Translations under genes and position numbers: made by a program | In this document: positions 59,078-64,000 of the stretch, piece after piece | Position numbering within the stretch: the first letter of the stretch is position 1 | Layout: the number at the start of each line of letters is the position of its first letter | Assembly (NCBI GenBank): GCA_900088475.1 | Contig: FLMG01002622.1 | Coordinates: 124,001-188,000, forward strand | Length of the DNA: 64,000 bases | DNA from: Hyphochytrium catenoides | Lineage: Eukaryota > Protista > Hyphochytriomycota | Direction: 5' to 3' | Notes under the pieces: generated by a model | Databases searched by the model: none | What the model saw: the letters and a program-made list of their open reading frames with translations, nothing else | Told to the model about the DNA's origin: nothing

Positions 59078-62000
59078 ATGGCCGCGAGAGTTGATCGTAC
59101 CTCCTGGGACAAGCTCATCCTCGCCTTTGAGATTGGCACAGGTCTCCTCACTGCCATCCTCGTCCTGACAACCCCGATCAAGCCACTGGTGGTGAACTAC
59201 CTGACAACCTATACAAAGACATCGGAGTTCACCCTGATCAAGACCTACGAGTCTGATGGGCTCTATGTGAGTCAACCCACTGTCTTCATGTCTAAAGAGC
59301 GCGTCGTAGCCACGGAAGATGTGGAAGATCTTTGCCACACGAAGCGGCTGATGCTCCGGGCTCAAGCGACAACTGGAAAGGGATATCTCCGCGCGGGCGA
59401 TGTCTCCGAGAGCTGGGTCGATTGCATTGCTTCTCAGTTTGTCGCTGATGTCGTTACCGTCTTGGGAAGAGAGAATGTCGTTTGGGAAGATTTACTGAAG
59501 CTTAATCCTCCGTTTGCCAGTGTGTTTGTTGACCCTGAGCTGGAGCGCCGACGGATATTGACAGCTCCTCAGATCCTAGAGACATACGTGAATCCACGCT
59601 GGGGCGGGCTTCAAGGCACCTGGGTCTTCCGTCTCCCTCCTGAGCAGCCTCCAGCATCGTCTCCAGCGCTGTATGCGGCCGTTGACACGCTGGAGACGCT
59701 TGAAGGCTGGTTCCAGCTCTTTAACATCTCAATCCTGCACATGCACGTGTCTCAGCTGCCTGGCTTTGTCAAGTACATTGATCTTATCGAGGACCATGAG
59801 GGCTATGCAAAGTTCTTCATTCAGCCTTCACCTATCGGCGCGGGGCTGGACTGTTGGCGCCAGTCCACGTTATACCTTCGTGCCGCATGTGTGGCACGGG
59901 CCTACCCTATGAATATGTATGAGACGCTACTATCCAACAAGTTTGACGCGGCGAGGACACAGATCTATACGGCAGGCATCGGGTTCAATGTCTTCACCTA
60001 CTATGAGCTTCAGCTGTCCATGGATCTCAATAGCGCGGGGCTTGGAACAGGTCGCTGTAAAGCTTCAGGAAGCGTGCCGCAGATTGTCGCGGCGTACACT
60101 GCGGGCGGCGCCTTCTGCCGCATGTTTATGGAGACAGTGCTCTCCCGGCCTGAGAACAGTGGCTGGGGAGATAACGCTGACAGGCTGAGCGCTGAGGAGC
60201 GACACTTCTTTGGCTATTATTTCACTCGCTGCCTCCAAGTGATGACCTTGTACCCCGAATGGCGCTTTGGCGGCCCGCTGCTTCAGTATTATAAGTATGC
60301 AGGGATCACGGCCGCGCAGATGTCCAAAGCTGAAGATCTGTTAGCATCCGAGTCTTCGTCATTCAAGCCGTTCCCCAATGAGGCGCACGGCCGGAGCTTT
60401 CTCACGCAAATGAATGGAGAAGTCTGCGACTTTGCTCGTGGAAAGCTTGGACGGACCAACTGCTCTATGAACGTGACCTATTCAAAGCAGTCTTCCTATA
60501 CCAAGACCATTGGCGCCAAGCCGCTTCTCCTCGTCGTGGCGCCATCCACGCCTACTACGACTCAGCCAGTCTCCTCTTCTTCTTCTCCTGCAGCAGCAAG
60601 TGGTGGACAGTCGAACGGTGGAGGAGAACGAGGGGAAAGGGAAGTAGCAGGGACAAGGATCCTTGCCAGCTGCAACTATAACCAGAAAGCAATGCGTGAA
60701 GAGTCTCCAGAGCTCCTGCGCATTGCCCTCAGCCGCTTCTCTTCAACGACGATCCTCATGACAGGGACAGGCGTTCTCTTTGACGCCAGCTGCACGTCAC
60801 AGATCGACTTTGCAGCTCTCAAGTATGATAACAACCTCTTCCTTGGGAGCTTGGGCTGTGAGAACCTCGGCGCACTGGAGACGATCCGCTTCACATTTGC
60901 GGAAGAATGCTCGCCGTTGGAGCTCTCTATCGAGCCAGTGGCCAACCTCTCGGCTCTAGCCCAAACAGTTAAGCCCTCTGTCCCTGGAGAAATGGTCTAT
61001 CTCATGGGCACACAGACAGAATATCTTCTCTTCCGTGGGCCTCGGCTCTCCTGTGTCCTTACCAAGGGCATCCTGGGTACGGACGGTATCCACTTGGACA
61101 TCTTCAATAAGGAGCGGCTGGTAGATCTGCGGCAGTTCAGCGCCCGCGTGCGCCTCTCAGAAGGCTCCATCCGGCTAGCGATCACCTCCACGGTTGTCTT
61201 TGCCGCCCTCTTAGGCCTAAGCTTCTCCATCTCTTACGCTACGGAGATGCTGGCAAGAGTGAGGGAGATCCGCCAACAGCTCCTGCTCTACGGCTCCTCG
61301 CGCTACTTTGACTTTTATGCCGTGCGCTACGTGGAATGCTCAGCCTTTGTCCTCTCTCAGACCTTGGCCGTAGAGAAGATTATCCTGGCTCTGGGCGCGG
61401 TGCTCAACCTCTTCGTCATTGTCATGGGAGACTCCTCTCTCAAGGGCCCGACAGTTGTCTTCTCTCGCCAATACACGCCTCTCCTGCAGTTCAACATGGA
61501 CATGGCCTATATAATCTTCAACCTCGTCGGGCTGGGCCAGCTCTGGATGAGGCGTGGAGTCCAGCGCCTAGGGATTGCCCTCTGGGAGGTGCGAACGACG
61601 CGGGTTCTGTACGTGACAATGATAGGAGTGGCAGCTCACTCCGCAGGGATGGCGCTGCAGATTCTTTACAAAGAGTATACAAAGACCGAGACGCTCTACT
61701 TTCTCCTGCTGAGCTCTTTAATCGTCATTGCGGTCTGTGGGAACGTTGACTGGGGCGTGACCAAGGTGCCAGTCGTGGATTGTTCAACGCTGGGCTCACT
61801 GGGAAACTTCTTGCGCACAGAGTTCCAGCTCAAGGTCGTGGACATCGAGGAAGATCTCATTCTGTCTCATCTTCCCGTGTCCGGGAAGTCAAAGAAAACG
61901 ACATCTAGCAGCGGTTCGGCAGCTGCAGTGGCGCCAGTGAACGAGGTTCCTGCCTCTGGGGGCACGCGGCGAGATGGGCTCGGTGGTGGCCAGCAAGAGA

Positions 62001-62281
62001 TGCTCAGAGGCGTGCACTATACCATTCCTCTGCTGGTCAATCGCGAGCTGAACATGCTCAGGAGTCGACCAGGCGGGCTCTTCGCCGTTGGGGCGCATCG
62101 CGTCTATTCCCTGCTGACACATCGCGGCGGCGGCAGCGCAGCCTCCTCGGCTGCAGCTGGTGAGGTGGGACCCATTGCTCTGGCGGCGCAGAAGAGCAGT
62201 GAAGAGGGAGGAGAGTCAGAGAGAGCCAATGAGGTGGCTGACGGCATCGCGAAAGGTTATCTTCCTAATTATGTTTACTAA
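59078..62281 (+). CDS. Intronless 1067-aa uncharacterised membrane protein (N-terminal TM/signal anchor, ~670-aa Cys-containing soluble region, ~5 C-terminal TM helices)
   Basis: 3.2-kb uninterrupted ATG-TAA ORF of complex sequence almost free of microsatellite. Hydrophobic segments: LILAFEIGTGLLTAILVL, ITSTVVFAALLGLSFSI, IILALGAVLNLFVIV, AYIIFNLVGLGQLW, VLYVTMIGVAAHSAGMALQILY, LYFLLLSSLIVIAVC. No family recognised. Confidence 0.88.
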   Translation: MAARVDRTSWDKLILAFEIGTGLLTAILVLTTPIKPLVVNYLTTYTKTSEFTLIKTYESDGLYVSQPTVFMSKERVVATEDVEDLCHTKRLMLRAQATTGKGYLRAGDVSESWVDCIASQFVADVVTVLGRENVVWEDLLKLNPPFASVFVDPELERRRILTAPQILETYVNPRWGGLQGTWVFRLPPEQPPASSPALYAAVDTLETLEGWFQLFNISILHMHVSQLPGFVKYIDLIEDHEGYAKFFIQPSPIGAGLDCWRQSTLYLRAACVARAYPMNMYETLLSNKFDAARTQIYTAGIGFNVFTYYELQLSMDLNSAGLGTGRCKASGSVPQIVAAYTAGGAFCRMFMETVLSRPENSGWGDNADRLSAEERHFFGYYFTRCLQVMTLYPEWRFGGPLLQYYKYAGITAAQMSKAEDLLASESSSFKPFPNEAHGRSFLTQMNGEVCDFARGKLGRTNCSMNVTYSKQSSYTKTIGAKPLLLVVAPSTPTTTQPVSSSSSPAAASGGQSNGGGERGEREVAGTRILASCNYNQKAMREESPELLRIALSRFSSTTILMTGTGVLFDASCTSQIDFAALKYDNNLFLGSLGCENLGALETIRFTFAEECSPLELSIEPVANLSALAQTVKPSVPGEMVYLMGTQTEYLLFRGPRLSCVLTKGILGTDGIHLDIFNKERLVDLRQFSARVRLSEGSIRLAITSTVVFAALLGLSFSISYATEMLARVREIRQQLLLYGSSRYFDFYAVRYVECSAFVLSQTLAVEKIILALGAVLNLFVIVMGDSSLKGPTVVFSRQYTPLLQFNMDMAYIIFNLVGLGQLWMRRGVQRLGIALWEVRTTRVLYVTMIGVAAHSAGMALQILYKEYTKTETLYFLLLSSLIVIAVCGNVDWGVTKVPVVDCSTLGSLGNFLRTEFQLKVVDIEEDLILSHLPVSGKSKKTTSSSGSAAAVAPVNEVPASGGTRRDGLGGGQQEMLRGVHYTIPLLVNRELNMLRSRPGGLFAVGAHRVYSLLTHRGGGSAASSAAAGEVGPIALAAQKSSEEGGESERANEVADGIAKGYLPNYVY

Positions 62282-62300
62282 GATTGCCAGGAGAGAGAGA

Positions 62301-62366
<66 letters not shown>

Positions 62367-62608
62367 TAGAAGAACAAGTCTCCTCGTCTCTGGCGTTTTT
62401 TGTCTTCTTCGTGATATTAGCAGTCTATTAGACTGAAAGATTGGGCTTTGTTCATGAGTGAAGAGCATTACGTGTCTTCTTCCCTCTCTCTCGTGCTCTC
62501 TCTTCTTTATCTCTCTCCTTCTCTTCGCTTTCTCTCTATCTTTGTCTCTCTTCCCCTTCCACTCTTAAACTTTCTCGTAGTTCGGTGACACCGTCGGTGG
62601 AGATAAAG

Positions 62609-63890
62609 CTACATCCGAATGGTCTTCCTCATCAATGTCCTGAGCTTCTTCCTCTTTGGGTCTTGAACCTGAACGAGAGCTGCTGCCTCTGGACCGCTCG
62701 CTCCCTTCTCTCTGTTACCTTCCTCAGCTCCATGGAAGTGACTCTGTCCTCCACCGCCCTCTATTCCGCTCTCAAGGAAGACGGCATCATCCTCCGCAGA
62801 GTCACGATAAGAAAACACGTCAGAAGAAGAGTTGGAGGAGGAGGAGGCAGCAGAGAAGATCTGTTGCTCATTCTCAACTTCTCCTCTCATTTCTCCGTCT
62901 TCATCCCTGTTACCTCCGCTTGCTTCTTCCTTCTTTGCTCTCTCAATGTCCAAGAAAGTAAAGGCGGGAGGAGCAAAGACATCTGCTCTTTCTGGTCTGA
63001 AGGACTGCAAATCTACGCATTGGCCTGCGATAGAGGCGTTGCCTTTCTTCCCTCTGAACCCTGTTGTTTGATAGTCTCCGTCCTCCGTACTTCCGCAGAA
63101 AGAGTTATCCTTCGAAAAGCCCACACCTCTGTGTCTTCTGCTGCTGTCCTTTTCCATCAAAAGCATCAGGCCTGCTCCTCTGGCGCTCCTGATGAAGGCG
63201 TTGACTGGCTGCTTCATGGGCTCTTCGTTGTCATCCGTCTTAGTTGAGACCAGGATCTCTGTGTGATGGCAGGACGGACTGGAGAAGGAAGACGCAGACG
63301 AAGGAGAGAAAGAGGAAAGAGGAAGAGCCGCTGAAGAAGAAGGCGGAGGGCGCTTCATCATTGTCGAGGTGGTGAGAGAGACAGCGGAAGAGGTTCCATG
63401 GCCTTGCCCAAGAAGGACATTCTTCTTCCCATTCTTGCCAAAGAAGCGCCGGAGGATTCCGGACCAGAAGTAGACGAGCGCGTTCATGAAGCCGTTGATA
63501 GGCTCAAGAATCTATGGAGAGAAAGACAGATCATCTTATTAAAGGCCAGCGGGAAGGACGAGGGAGAGAGAGGAAGGGAACGTCTATTCTATACTTCTCT
63601 CTTTCTCTCTCTCTCTCTCTCTCCCCTCCATTCGCTCTTCTTGTCCTAATCCCTTTATGCTCCCTGTTTGATTTCTTCCCTATCAACCTCGACTTACCGC
63701 TTGTAAAAGGGCAAGAGTGAATATCTTTTGAGTGGGGTCAGCGATGACGACGAGCCTGTTGATGCTCGCTGGGACCCAAGAGATGAGAAAGATGAGAAGA
63801 TAGAGGTTGGACCGCATAAAGTAGCGTCGCTTGAGCTTGGCTAGTTCGCGACTTTGGCCAGTTGGGTCTGTGTCAAGCCCAGAGGAGAGC
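62609..63890 (-). CDS. 3' part of a cAMP-receptor-like (Dictyostelium CAR/CRL, GCR1-type) GPCR; 5' exons outside window
   Basis: Exon 63890-63698 reads KLKRRYFMRSNLYLLIFLISWVPASINRL...IFTLALLQA (TM6). It splices to 63511-62609, ILEPINGFMNALVYFW (TM7, GFxNALVY motif), followed by a ~280-aa Ser-rich tail. Confidence 0.85.
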
Positions 63891-64000
63891 CTGCACAGAG
63901 TAGGGGAAAGTGTTGCACGAAGAGCTGCTCAGTTAGAAGGCACTGGACGTTGACTGAGGACGCAGAGGACTCTCAGATCAGAAGGAAGGATGGACAGGGT

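Noticed and set aside
62585-63247. 220-aa plus-strand ORF
   Set aside because: It is the antisense shadow of the GPCR C-terminal exon, with no ATG start and no motif.

Overview
Eukaryotic (protist-like) genomic DNA, not prokaryotic. GT-AG spliceosomal introns and intergenic spacers are saturated with (GA)n/(TC)n microsatellite, and eight short N-gaps all lie inside such tracts. Most ORFs in the supplied track are artefacts of translating these repeats (SLSLSL/ERERER). Manual splicing gives about 12 real genes, in order: a 5'-truncated RecQ/BLM-type helicase with two N-terminal GRF zinc fingers (+); a large UBZ-finger/multi-PHD/Tudor-like chromatin protein (-); an AGC kinase with DFD and a long VII-VIII insertion (-); an NmrA/isoflavone-reductase-like oxidoreductase (+); a berberine-bridge-enzyme-like FAD oxidase (+); a Myb/SANT-like (DUF6818-type) protein (+); an intronless bacterial-type alkane 1-monooxygenase AlkB (-); a Frizzled/cAMP-receptor-like 7TM protein (-); a probably N-myristoylated globin (+); a 7TM-RGS fusion (-); an intronless 1067-aa orphan membrane protein (+); and the 3' part of a cAMP-receptor-like GPCR (-). 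Most interesting signals: (1) a consistent 5'-(GA)...(UC)-3' polarity of complementary repeats inside introns on both strands, which could pair and bridge splice sites; (2) a probable horizontally acquired alkB behind phased CCAAT boxes; (3) a membrane-signalling neighbourhood with an acylated globin. Exon coordinates were read by eye and family calls come from motif recognition; no search was run and the organism is not identified.
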